Shown piece by piece: positions 39,158-48,798 of a stretch of 64,000 bases of DNA. The DNA is from Waddliaceae bacterium (lineage in GTDB: Bacteria > Chlamydiota > Chlamydiia > Chlamydiales > GCA-2709385). How positions within the stretch are numbered: the stretch's first letter is position 1; the number at the start of each line of letters is the position of its first letter. The translations under genes and the position numbers were made by a program. The DNA is taken from positions 3,387 through 67,386 of the forward strand of contig PAQS01000021.1 in the NCBI GenBank assembly GCA_002709385.1, read 5' to 3'. The notes under the pieces are model-generated. The model searched no databases. It saw only the letters and a program-made list of their open reading frames with translations, and was not told where the DNA came from.

Positions 39158-40161
39158 GATGGGCATAAATCCTTTTTCGAAGGGAGAGCTTGGGGATGGT
39201 GAAGCCAACAAGCGCTCTCTTGTGAATCTACGGTAAATGTTTCAGGGGGAATTTGATGACAAATACGCATACTATGCTTACATCGTGGAGCGAATGCGCA
39301 GCCCTTTGGAGGTGAAAAAAGATCCGGTGGAGTACCACGAATTGTGGGTAGGCGTTGTCTTATATCAGTATCTAAGTGAGGGATAGAATTGATAAGAGCT
39401 TTTGTGTAAGGGTGTTGAGGTCTTGAGAATATTTGTTTTACGTTTGATTGTTCAACAACTTTTCCTGCATACATAACAGCTACTCGATCACAAGTGTTTG
39501 CCACTATGCCTAAATCATGAGTGATAAACAGAATACTCATTGAGAATTGATCTTGTAGAGATTTCATAAGAGCTAGGATTTGGGCTTGTACAGTGACGTC
39601 TAGTGCAGTTGTAGGTTCATCAGCAATCAGAAGTTTGGGTTTGCAAGCAAGTGCGATTGCAATCATGACACGTTGACGCATTCCGCCGCTAAATTCGTGA
39701 GGAAACTGAGAAAAACGGAGGTCTGGTGTTGAGATACCTACTAAATCTAGTAGTTTTATCGCTTCCTTTCGAGCATCTCGGTAAGATAAAGACTGATGTT
39801 GTTCTAGGCTTTCTGTGATCTGTTTTCCAATGCACATAGTGGGGTTGAGGGAAGTCATTGGATCTTGAAAAATCATAGCAATAGAAGACCCTCGATAAGC
39901 GAGTATTTCTTTTGCTGATTTTTTTAATAAGTCCTCTCCTTTAAAGAGAATTTCTCCAGATTCGTATTGCGTAGGAGGAGAGGGAAGAAGTTGTAAGATA
40001 GATTGTGCTGTCACACTTTTTCCGCAGCCAGATTCACCTACAAGAGCTAGAGTTTCTTCTTCTTCGATTTGAAGATTTACACCTCGAAGAGCATGTATAA
40101 AGCCGCTGTTTACTTGAAAGCGTAGAGAGAGATTTTTGATTTCTAGTAGCGGATTTTTCAT
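39154..40161 (-). CDS. oppD: Oligopeptide ABC transporter ATPase
   Basis: GESGCGKS, FSGGMRQR, HPYT, C-terminal GCAFAPRC...AC. Confidence 0.92.
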   Translation of the reverse strand: MKNPLLEIKNLSLRFQVNSGFIHALRGVNLQIEEEETLALVGESGCGKSVTAQSILQLLPSPPTQYESGEILFKGEDLLKKSAKEILAYRGSSIAMIFQDPMTSLNPTMCIGKQITESLEQHQSLSYRDARKEAIKLLDLVGISTPDLRFSQFPHEFSGGMRQRVMIAIALACKPKLLIADEPTTALDVTVQAQILALMKSLQDQFSMSILFITHDLGIVANTCDRVAVMYAGKVVEQSNVKQIFSRPQHPYTKALINSIPHLDTDIRQRLPTIRGTPPDLFSPPKGCAFAPRCKHSMRICHQIPPETFTVDSQESACWLHHPQALPSKKDLCPS

Positions 40162-40171
40162 GATTTTTCGT

Positions 40172-41086
40172 TTACCGTTGCTTCGGATCTAGTGCATCGC
40201 GCATACCGTCACCTATTAAATTAAAGGCCAGCATAGTTAGGCTAATAAAAAAAGCAGGGAAAAACAGACGCCAAGGATAATAAGCAAGCGCTGGTAGTCC
40301 ATCAGAGGCCATTGTACCCCAACTGGCAATGGGGGCTTGGATGCCTAAACCTAAAAAACTTAAAAATGCTTCAGAGAAAATGGCGCTAGGAATTGTCAGT
40401 GTAACGGTAACCAGTATGGGGCTCATGGCATTTGGAATAAGGTGTCGGAAAAGAATTCGTGGAAAACTTGCTCCTAGTAGAATAGCAGCCTGTACATACT
40501 CCTGTTTCTTTAGTAATAGAATTTGTCCTCGTACGATACGAGCCATATTTACCCAGCCGGTGACTGTTAGAGCAATAATAATAGGGATAATGCCTGAACC
40601 TAGGACTACCATGAGTAGTACAACAATAAGCAGATAAGGAAGGCCGTACAAAATATCTGCAATACGCATCATGATTTCATCGATACGTCCTCCAGAAAAA
40701 GCAGCAATGCTCCCCCAAAGAACGCCAATGATTAAGTCGATTAGTGCTGCACTAATTCCAACAAATAAGGAAATACGGGCGCCGTACCATACTCGAGTAA
40801 ATAAATCTCTACCAAGGTCGTCAGAACCAAACCAGTAGTTTATTGAAGGAGGGTGATTTTTTAACTCAAGATGGTTTTCGTAGTAAGTGTAGGAATTTAG
40901 GGATGGACCTACTATGGCCATGAATAAAAGGAGGCTGAGTAAAACTAAGCCGAAAAATGCAGCTTTATTTTTTTTGAAACGTAAGCATGAAGCTTGCCAA
41001 TAGCTTAAGCTTGGGCGCGTTAGAGCTTCTGCATTTATGGTGGAAGGGGCTGCTTCAAAAAGAGCTGGATCGAATGAAGAACTCAT
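40172..41086 (-). CDS. oppC: Oligopeptide ABC transporter permease
   Basis: WFGSDDLGRD, EYVQAA, LSFLGLG, GDGMRDALDP. Confidence 0.92.
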   Translation of the reverse strand: MSSSFDPALFEAAPSTINAEALTRPSLSYWQASCLRFKKNKAAFFGLVLLSLLLFMAIVGPSLNSYTYYENHLELKNHPPSINYWFGSDDLGRDLFTRVWYGARISLFVGISAALIDLIIGVLWGSIAAFSGGRIDEIMMRIADILYGLPYLLIVVLLMVVLGSGIIPIIIALTVTGWVNMARIVRGQILLLKKQEYVQAAILLGASFPRILFRHLIPNAMSPILVTVTLTIPSAIFSEAFLSFLGLGIQAPIASWGTMASDGLPALAYYPWRLFFPAFFISLTMLAFNLIGDGMRDALDPKQR

Positions 41087-42024
41087 GATTTTTGTTCTCC
41101 AACTTTGATTCTAGGGTCTAAAAAGCTGTATGAGAGATCAACAAGAAAAATACAGAGTAAGAGCACGATACTATAAAATACAGTAGTTCCCATAATGGTT
41201 GTGTAGTCTCGGTTGGTGACGCTATTCACAAACCATTGTCCTAGTCCTGGAATACCAAAAATCTTTTCAATAATAAAACTTCCCAGAAGAATATTTGTGA
41301 TGAGCTGTCCTAGATAACTCAATATAGGTAGTAGAGCATTGCGTAAGGCATGGAAAAATAAAATTCGGCTCTTACTTAAACCTTTAGCTCGTGCAGTGCG
41401 GATATAATCTTCTTCTAAAACCTCTATCATACTTGATCGGGTGAGTCTTGCAATGAAAGCTGTAGGTAATGCAGCTAGTGAGAATGCGGGTAAAATGGAT
41501 TGAGAAAAACTTCCCCAGCGTGCAACAGGAAACCATCCTAGTTGAAGGGCAAAAATGTATTGCAAAAGGGTTGCTAGGATAAAACTAGGAATAGAGATAC
41601 CTGCTACAGCGATAAGCATAGCGCTGTAGTCTTGCCAACGGTGACGCTTGAGTGCTGCAATGGTGCCTAGAGAAAGTCCCATACAAAGAGAAAGAAAAAG
41701 AGCTTCCAAACCCAATACAGCTGATATAGGAAAACCTTCGTTGATAATATTATTGACAGATCTGCCTTGGTACTTAAAAGAAGGTCCTAGATCCCACTGT
41801 AGAATTTGTGTGATGTAGCGAAAGTACTGAGTATACCACGGGTCGTTGAGTCCGTAATGCTCATACATAGCTTCTAAAATTTCTTGAGGGACAGCTCGTT
41901 CTTGTGTAAATGGATCACCAGGAATGGCTTTCATCATAAAAAATGTGATGGATACAATCACAAAAAGTGTACTTACCATATAGAGCAGTTTACGCCCTAG
42001 GTAAGAAAGGAAGGGTTTATCCAT
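41083..42024 (-). CDS. oppB: Oligopeptide ABC transporter permease
   Basis: IPGDPF, DLGPSF, DYIRTARAKGL; start placed at MDKPF. Confidence 0.92.
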   Translation of the reverse strand: MDKPFLSYLGRKLLYMVSTLFVIVSITFFMMKAIPGDPFTQERAVPQEILEAMYEHYGLNDPWYTQYFRYITQILQWDLGPSFKYQGRSVNNIINEGFPISAVLGLEALFLSLCMGLSLGTIAALKRHRWQDYSAMLIAVAGISIPSFILATLLQYIFALQLGWFPVARWGSFSQSILPAFSLAALPTAFIARLTRSSMIEVLEEDYIRTARAKGLSKSRILFFHALRNALLPILSYLGQLITNILLGSFIIEKIFGIPGLGQWFVNSVTNRDYTTIMGTTVFYSIVLLLCIFLVDLSYSFLDPRIKVGEQKS

Positions 42025-43639
42025 GATTGTTGTCCCAATAGGCCCATTTAAAGTCCACATGACCAATAGGGGAAAAAACGACACCCTTTAACTGTTCGTG
42101 TTTAAGGTAGGCATTTGTATGAAAATAAAGAGGAGCAATAGGCATCTCATCCATAAGAATCTTTTCAGCTTCGTGAAGTAGATTTTTTCTACGTTCAATG
42201 TTAACGGTTTGAGAGGCTCTTTGCAAGAGAGCAGCGTAACGTACGTTTTCCCAACCGGTATGGTTTATAGGATTATCTCCTTCTTCGTACATTTCTAAAA
42301 ATGTAACAGGGTCGTTAAAATCAGCAACCCATCCTAGTCGACCGATTTGAAAATCACGTTTTTGTAGCTTATCGAGATATACCTTCCATTCAAAGTTATC
42401 TAAACTTATGTCAATACCAAGAACTTCTCGCCATTGTTCTTGTACTGCTTGAGCGATTTTTTGGTGACCATCACTCGTATTGTAAGATAGGTGTAGAGCA
42501 GGAAAAGTTTCTTCTGTCAGTTTGAGTTCTTTCAGAGCTTCTGCAAAAAGCTTTTGAGCTTCTTTACTTTGTTGGTCTTTTAAGTAGCCTTTTTCTCTTA
42601 GTGACATAGAAGGAGGAACTAAAGAGAGTGCAATCATTTCTCCAGCTTGAGAAATATTATCGACAATGCTTTGTCGATTGAGAGCGTAACTAAGAGCTTT
42701 ACGCAACTTTCGATTATTCAAAGGAAATTGCGTTGTATTGAATATGTAAAAATAGGTGGAGGCGGTTTTTTGTATTTGTAAGATTCCTTCTGCGTGCAGG
42801 CTAGGGATAGCTTCCGTAGGAAGACCGATGGAGATAGGTTTGCCTGCCCAATCAAGTTCTCCACTTTGAAAGAGTTGCAGTTCGGTATTACTGTCTTCAA
42901 TCATACTCATGACAATTTTTTTGAGAGTGACAGAGTCTTTATCCCAGTAGTGGGGGTTTTTTTTAAGAACAAGTTCGTTTTGGTGTTTCCACTTATTAAG
43001 ATAAAAAGGACCGTTGCTTACAAAATCTGGTTTTGCGTCTCTTGCCCAGTCAGGATTTCTTTTGGCGATGTGATGATGAACAGGAAGAAAAGGGCTCGTA
43101 CTCAGAAGTTCTAAGAAGTAAGGAGTAGGGGATTCAAGGCTCACGCGAAGAGTATGTGAATTTAGAATTTCTACTCCAAGGTCTTCGACCGGGAGCTCTC
43201 CAGATTTTACTTTATCGGCATTTTTGATCACATAAAGCTGGTAGGCCATCTGTGCGGGGAAAGATGGATCAAGAACTGTTTTCCAGCTTTCAGAAAAATC
43301 TAAAGCTGTAACAGGACTTCCGTCATTCCAACGAGTAGATTTTAAGTAGAATGTGTAGATGAGTCCATCTGAACTCATTTCAAACTTTTCGGCCACAGCT
43401 AAGTCGATATCTCCATCAGGACCAATACGAGTTAAGCCATCGAAGAGGTGTCGCAGTACGTCACTTGATGTGGCATCACCTGTTTCACGGGGATCTAAGG
43501 TGGGTGGTTCTGAAAAGAGGTTGATAAAAAGAGTCTGGTTTTTTTTTCGTTGGGATTGAGAATCCTCTTGAGATCCACACGATACAATAAGGAAATTTAT
43601 TGTAACGAGTATAAAAAAGCTGTTTACGTAACCTAACAT
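42017..43639 (-). CDS. oppA: Oligopeptide-binding lipoprotein
   Basis: Lipobox IVSC, EPPTLDP, YTFYL..WNDGSPVTA, SNGPF, GWVADFNDP. Confidence 0.92.
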   Translation of the reverse strand: MLGYVNSFFILVTINFLIVSCGSQEDSQSQRKKNQTLFINLFSEPPTLDPRETGDATSSDVLRHLFDGLTRIGPDGDIDLAVAEKFEMSSDGLIYTFYLKSTRWNDGSPVTALDFSESWKTVLDPSFPAQMAYQLYVIKNADKVKSGELPVEDLGVEILNSHTLRVSLESPTPYFLELLSTSPFLPVHHHIAKRNPDWARDAKPDFVSNGPFYLNKWKHQNELVLKKNPHYWDKDSVTLKKIVMSMIEDSNTELQLFQSGELDWAGKPISIGLPTEAIPSLHAEGILQIQKTASTYFYIFNTTQFPLNNRKLRKALSYALNRQSIVDNISQAGEMIALSLVPPSMSLREKGYLKDQQSKEAQKLFAEALKELKLTEETFPALHLSYNTSDGHQKIAQAVQEQWREVLGIDISLDNFEWKVYLDKLQKRDFQIGRLGWVADFNDPVTFLEMYEEGDNPINHTGWENVRYAALLQRASQTVNIERRKNLLHEAEKILMDEMPIAPLYFHTNAYLKHEQLKGVVFSPIGHVDFKWAYWDNNHG

Positions 43640-43791
43640 TTTATACTCCACATTTAATTCTGGAGACTATATGGTGCTTTCTCTAGTTACGCGATTGTGA
43701 AATTTAGTTAAATTTTGTGTGACATGTTGTTTATCGATATTGTTTTTAGCAAAAGTTAAAATTAATAACAAATCAGAAAAGAGGGACTAAT

Positions 43792-44130
43792 ATGTGTGGG
43801 GCAATTGATTGTTGTTTGTGTGGAGCGGTTGAGTCATTATGTTGCCCAAGCGAAATGTCAGCTTGTCATAGAGCTGGGTGTGCCTCCACAGCGATAAGTT
43901 CTTGTGGGATATCTAGCATTATGGGAGCTACTCTTACTGTATATCTTTTCAAATCTACACAAGATATAGCTGCAATTTTTTCTGTAGTAGGAACAGGTTT
44001 AGGGGTCGTAGGCCTTAGTTATGTTGCGTATCGATATATCTTTCCTCAAGGAGTTTGCGGAGGGTGCAATGGTTCAGGTGAAAAATTTGTGATTATTCCC
44101 CCTAACTCAAATTCATACCAAGATGTATAG
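43792..44130 (+). CDS. Cys-rich small membrane protein, Inc-like candidate
   Basis: Two adjacent hydrophobic segments; 8 Cys in the first 38 aa plus a C-terminal CGGC. Confidence 0.7.
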   Translation: MCGAIDCCLCGAVESLCCPSEMSACHRAGCASTAISSCGISSIMGATLTVYLFKSTQDIAAIFSVVGTGLGVVGLSYVAYRYIFPQGVCGGCNGSGEKFVIIPPNSNSYQDV

Positions 44131-44169
44131 GATTTCCTTTGCGATATCTTTGTGTAAATTCATATATCA

Positions 44170-44255
44170 CCATTAAGACACAGGGTTCACGGAAGCGCGG
44201 ATTAGGTAGCCATTGGAGGTCTTAATTCTTCTCTGTGAGCTCGGTGCCTCAATGG
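44170..44255. repeat. Degenerate long inverted repeat (REP/MITE-like) between convergent genes
   Basis: CCATTAAGACAC-AGGGTTCAC-GGAAG ... CTTCTCT-GTGAGCTC-GGTGCCTCAATGG. Confidence 0.6.
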
Positions 44256-44267
44256 AGAATCAATACG

Positions 44268-44795
44268 CTACTGTGGACGTCTGAGCACGTATTGTTCATC
44301 TTTTGCTTTAGAACCACTGAAGAAAAAATGAAGAGGAAAGCTAAAAAACAAAGCAGCGAAAAAAGCATCAAGAGCAGGCATCAAGAGTAAGTCAGTAAAT
44401 GCCCAAGCCCATGAGGCGCTAGGAGTGTGTGCAAACAGTTTTAGAAGAAGAAATTGTAAGCAAGTAGATATTGATGAATAAATAAAGCTCATAATAGGGA
44501 GAGTAGATAAGCTATCTTCAAAAAATTGCTGCTTTTTTTGATAAAGAAAAAAATGACTTAAACAGTAACTAAGAGCAAAGATTCCTAATGGTTCGTGGGA
44601 ACTCATTAAATCACTTAATAAACCACAAGACACGGCAATGTATAAACTTTCTCCTTTAGGAAAAAGATAAAAAGACCAGACTAAAATAGGAATCAAAAGG
44701 TTGACTCGCCAAGAAAAAATAAGAGCTGGGGTTATGATTGTACTCAATACGCTAAGAAAAAAAAATAAATAGAATGTGCTTTTCTGGCGGAGCAT
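44268..44795 (-). CDS. mreD: MreD-like membrane protein
   Basis: ~175-aa polytopic protein with GLLSDLMSS..PLGIFALSY motif. Confidence 0.6.
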   Translation of the reverse strand: MLRQKSTFYLFFFLSVLSTIITPALIFSWRVNLLIPILVWSFYLFPKGESLYIAVSCGLLSDLMSSHEPLGIFALSYCLSHFFLYQKKQQFFEDSLSTLPIMSFIYSSISTCLQFLLLKLFAHTPSASWAWAFTDLLLMPALDAFFAALFFSFPLHFFFSGSKAKDEQYVLRRPQ

Positions 44796-44998
44796 AAATA
44801 ACTTAGGTCTTGCTGTTGAAAATATAAGCAACTATACGCTCTTATGTAAAAAATATCTACATACTGGGTGTTTATCCAGTTGCAAAACACTGCATGTTTC
44901 ATTTTTTTATTTTTATCTATTTGATTATAAGAAAAATAAGAAATGACATCTCGTTTGCTTTGTTGAATTTTGCAAAAAAAATATGATGAGGTGCAATT

Positions 44999-45547
44999 AT
45001 GGTGTCTATTCTTAGGACTGTTGTTTCAGGTTTACAAAATGGGCTTTCGAGTCTAAGTGGTGGTAATTCTACTAATCCGGGCGAAGATACAGGCTCTGAT
45101 CAAGATGATAGTACAGTAGGAGGAGAAACAGGTGGAAATCAAGAAGAACAATCTTCTTCAAGTACAGAAGGGTCGAATGAACGTAAACAACAAGAACTAG
45201 ATTCCTATCGCGGTAGAGTAAGAAGTCACGCTGATAAGCAAGCAGATTATCATATTCTATCCGCTAATGAGAAAATTAAAAGGCGAGAAGCTGAAAGAGC
45301 TCAGAGAGGAATCATGCAAGTGCAATTGCGGCCAAGTTTTGTGGGAGCAATTAAAGGGGAAACGGCCTCGAAATCAACGAGAAGTTTAGAGGAACCTTTT
45401 AGAAAAAACCAAGCGGTACGTAAGTATCAAGAGCAGCAAGTAGAATCAAACAAGGCAAAAGCAGAAAAAGCAGAAAAAGAAGCAAAAACAAATAATGGTA
45501 ATTCTAATAAAAATAAAGAGTCTGTTCAAACAGAGGAGGCAGCTTAA
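44999..45547 (+). CDS. Low-complexity hypothetical protein, candidate secreted
   Basis: GAGGTG RBS; S/G/N/D/E-rich N-terminal region. Confidence 0.7.
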   Translation: MVSILRTVVSGLQNGLSSLSGGNSTNPGEDTGSDQDDSTVGGETGGNQEEQSSSSTEGSNERKQQELDSYRGRVRSHADKQADYHILSANEKIKRREAERAQRGIMQVQLRPSFVGAIKGETASKSTRSLEEPFRKNQAVRKYQEQQVESNKAKAEKAEKEAKTNNGNSNKNKESVQTEEAA

Positions 45548-45573
45548 TTCTCTATCAGCGATTAGGAAATCAT

Positions 45574-46170
45574 TCAGTCTTTTTTAAAAAAGAGCACAGC
45601 AGGAATTGTTTTAAGAATAAGTGTCAGGTCAAACAAAAAGGATTTTTTTTCTACATAGACCTTTTCTATCTGTGCTCTTTCCTCATACCCTAAATGAGAA
45701 AGACCCGAGATTTGCCATAAACCTGTAATTCCAGGACGAACCTCAAGAATTTTCTTCGCAACGTCTTCTTTATACTGCCGTATTTGTTCGTCTAGTATGG
45801 GGCGTGGACCAACCACACTCAGATCTCCCTTTAAGACATTCCAAAACTGCGGGAGCTCATCTAAGGCAAAACGACGTAAAAAATAACCGAATCGTGTTAC
45901 CCGAGGATCATCAGGTAGTTTTTGATTCAAAGACCATTGCTTTTTATATTTTTCTTCTTTTGCAAGAACCTTTCCTATGCTCTCAGCATCTAGACACATT
46001 GTTCGAAACTTATAACAAAGAAAAGGTTTATGGTTTTTCCCTACTCGAAATTGATAGAAGAAAATAGGACCAGGTGAATCACACTTGATAATAAGTGAAA
46101 TGATTAAAAACACCGGAATAAAAGTTGTTATCATAAACAAACTAAATAAAACATCAAAAGCTCTTTTCAT
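45574..46170 (-). CDS. Bacterial sugar transferase (polyprenyl-phosphate phosphoglycosyl transferase)
   Basis: KRAFD, YKFRTM, DDPRVT, LDELPQFWNVLKGDLSVVGPRP, PGITGLWQ. Confidence 0.95.
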   Translation of the reverse strand: MKRAFDVLFSLFMITTFIPVFLIISLIIKCDSPGPIFFYQFRVGKNHKPFLCYKFRTMCLDAESIGKVLAKEEKYKKQWSLNQKLPDDPRVTRFGYFLRRFALDELPQFWNVLKGDLSVVGPRPILDEQIRQYKEDVAKKILEVRPGITGLWQISGLSHLGYEERAQIEKVYVEKKSFLFDLTLILKTIPAVLFFKKD

Positions 46171-46279
46171 TCTGTTAATTATACAAAATAAGTGATTGCT
46201 TTTAAATGTTATAGTTGTCTGTTTTTCATAAATAGTAATTGTTATATAATTATATTAAATATTTAAACATGGTTTTTTT

Positions 46280-47836
46280 ATGGTTGATTTTGATATCGAT
46301 TCGCTAGACCGTTCCTCTTCTTCAGAAAGTGAGGAATTAAGTAATGATAAAGAAAAGTCATCATTAGATGAGTTTGATGCTGTAAGCGATCAAGCTTTGC
46401 TTGTGATTCATAGTGGAAATAAAAAAGAGTTTCCAGAGGCCACACAAAATATCTTAAAAAGCTTGAAACATCTGGAAGAAGAGTCTCTTTCTTCGGATGA
46501 AATTGCTTCAATGAGTTCAAAAATTGGTGTTATGAGTTCTTTGTTAAAGACTAAAGGACTTGGTTTTAGATTTTTTCAGAAGATGCACTCCCTTCCTTCA
46601 AGTGATGATTTAAACAGGCTTGCTTCTACAGCGGTTTTCAAACATATTGAAAAGCAAGTGCAAGGTACTGGTCGTCAAATTCAAGAGTCTAAAGCTTTAG
46701 AAAGAGCCTTACGAGATCCAACGTTTCGCGAGACATTTTGTGCGTTTATGTCTAAACATGAAAAATCTATAAAGAAACATTGGAGCTGTGAGAAAGTTGT
46801 GGATCGATCTTTTTCAGACGAAATGGAAGATCTAATCAAGCTTTGTCCTAAAGCTGCTAAAATAGCTCTTTCAAGTTACCTTGAAATCCCTCAAGTACAT
46901 ATTTTTGCCAGGTCGATCATCGGTACAGGAGAGCTTAGTACTAAAATGACTGCATTTTTCTCATTTATAGCTGTTGAGAGTGAGAAAGATGATCAGTTTC
47001 ATGACAAGCTAGTTTCTTGGTTTGTAAAAGGAACAGAAATACGAGGAGAGGTTCAAAATAGTCTTTCTAAAGGCAAACTACCCAACTCTAAAAGTTTTGA
47101 AGCTTTATCTGAATGGAAAAATGAAGGAATCGATGGATTATTTGAAAAGTGGATGACAGGTGCTAACCCTGAGGAACAACAAGTGATTACAGCAGGTTTA
47201 GTGGAAAGCGGAGAGTATGTGTTACCTTCAAATACTCAGACTGCTAGTGATATTTTTGCTGAGCTTGTATTGTCGCAAGGAGTCAGTAAAGATTCAGATA
47301 TGGAGAAGCTAGAAAACAAATCTTCTGGAGCGCTTAATGCAGGGCGTTATCGTGATAACTACTACGGTTCTAGTGCTAGAGGAGAATTAAATGAGAGAGC
47401 CGTTTTTCGAAAGCTTCCCGGTTTTAAAGAGCCTTTGAGAGCTTTTATAAGAGGTACTTCTTTAAAGAAAACAGAAGATACATTTGAAAATGTTTCCTTG
47501 GTGATTGAGCGTCAATCAGGAAAGAAAGAAGAAGTTTTATTTCCTTTGTTAAAGTTCAAAGAAGCGCTGACTGTAAACTTTGAAAAAGCTAGCCCGAATG
47601 AGTGGCGTATGACGATTGCTGCTTTGGGGGCTTATGCTGTGAGAAACTCTAATGACAATGCTGAAGCTTATGAAGCTGAATGGGAAAAAGCAATCAAAGG
47701 TGAAGATAATAAGTTGCAAGCAGCTCTCCCCGAAGGGATCAAGCTAGATCAGAATACTTGGACAGAACTAAAATCTCTTGTTGATGGCTTAGCAAATGAC
47801 GTTCTCTTAAAGTATCTCCAACAAGTTACTCGCTAG
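46280..47836 (+). CDS. Hypothetical protein, candidate T3S substrate
   Basis: 518-aa ORF with Ser/acidic N-terminus. Confidence 0.75.
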   Translation: MVDFDIDSLDRSSSSESEELSNDKEKSSLDEFDAVSDQALLVIHSGNKKEFPEATQNILKSLKHLEEESLSSDEIASMSSKIGVMSSLLKTKGLGFRFFQKMHSLPSSDDLNRLASTAVFKHIEKQVQGTGRQIQESKALERALRDPTFRETFCAFMSKHEKSIKKHWSCEKVVDRSFSDEMEDLIKLCPKAAKIALSSYLEIPQVHIFARSIIGTGELSTKMTAFFSFIAVESEKDDQFHDKLVSWFVKGTEIRGEVQNSLSKGKLPNSKSFEALSEWKNEGIDGLFEKWMTGANPEEQQVITAGLVESGEYVLPSNTQTASDIFAELVLSQGVSKDSDMEKLENKSSGALNAGRYRDNYYGSSARGELNERAVFRKLPGFKEPLRAFIRGTSLKKTEDTFENVSLVIERQSGKKEEVLFPLLKFKEALTVNFEKASPNEWRMTIAALGAYAVRNSNDNAEAYEAEWEKAIKGEDNKLQAALPEGIKLDQNTWTELKSLVDGLANDVLLKYLQQVTR

Positions 47837-48798
47837 TCTTTTGGCAGAGCATGAATAAAGCAGCTTAGAAGATTTGCAGCTAAGCTTGCAGTGATGTCAT
47901 CGCGATCAAAACATGGGGCTAATTCAGCAAAATCTAAAGCAATACAATCTCCAGACCGGGCGATTTGTTCAATCATTGGAATTACCTGCCATGGTGTAAT
48001 ACCTAAAGGTTGAGGGGCGCTTACTCCAGGGGCATAGGCAGAAGAAAAAGCATCTAAACAAATAGTTAGGTACGTTTTCTTATGTTCTTGGATAAACCAT
48101 CGGGTAAAGGTGTCAATTGCTTCTTGACCGATCACATGCATTTGTCGAGCTGTTAAGGTTCGAACTTTTAGGTCTTTCGCTTGTTGAAACAGTGCACGAT
48201 TGTTTCCTGATTCTTGAATTCCCACAACGCTATAGTTAAAAGATTTTTTGTTTTCCTTGCAAAGGTTTGCTATTTGTAAAAATGGGGTCCCAGAACTCCC
48301 TTTTTCAGAGGGGGGAAGAGGCCTTAAATCATAATGAGCATCTATATTGATGATTCTGCACTCATCGTTTGGGTAAGTTTTATGGATACCTTGGTAGTGC
48401 CCCCAAGCAACTTCGTGTCCTCCTCCTAAAACGATAGGCAAGCCACCGCTCTGGATAATTTTATAAATAGCGTGAGCTAACTCCTTTTGAGCCTCTTCTA
48501 GCTTTTCTCCATCGCAAACGATATCTCCCAAATCCCAGAAATAAAGGTCAGAACGATGTAAGGGAGAGGAAGCGAGTTTTTTTCTAAAGGCAATAGGACC
48601 TTCAGCTGATCCAGGTCGGCCGTGATTGCGGCGTACTCCTTCATCAGAAGCGAAACCAATGAAAACAATGGTTTGTTTTGGAAATTCTTCAGGAATTTCT
48701 TCTAAAGCACAGGTTTTTATTGCTTGGTAAAGCCTGGGGGCATTAGGGCCATCATCTCTACCTGTCCATAAAGACTCTTGAGGAGGACGATAAGACAT
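47833..48798 (-). CDS. hutG: Formimidoylglutamase (arginase family)
   Basis: WTGRDD, DEGVRRNHGRPG, GGGHEVAW, DAHYD, APGVSAP. Confidence 0.93.
   Translation of the reverse strand: MSYRPPQESLWTGRDDGPNAPRLYQAIKTCALEEIPEEFPKQTIVFIGFASDEGVRRNHGRPGSAEGPIAFRKKLASSPLHRSDLYFWDLGDIVCDGEKLEEAQKELAHAIYKIIQSGGLPIVLGGGHEVAWGHYQGIHKTYPNDECRIINIDAHYDLRPLPPSEKGSSGTPFLQIANLCKENKKSFNYSVVGIQESGNNRALFQQAKDLKVRTLTARQMHVIGQEAIDTFTRWFIQEHKKTYLTICLDAFSSAYAPGVSAPQPLGITPWQVIPMIEQIARSGDCIALDFAELAPCFDRDDITASLAANLLSCFIHALPKD

Noticed and set aside
44944..44958. Possible sigma54 promoter (TGACAT-N5-TTGC)
   Set aside because: Lacks the invariant GG at -24.
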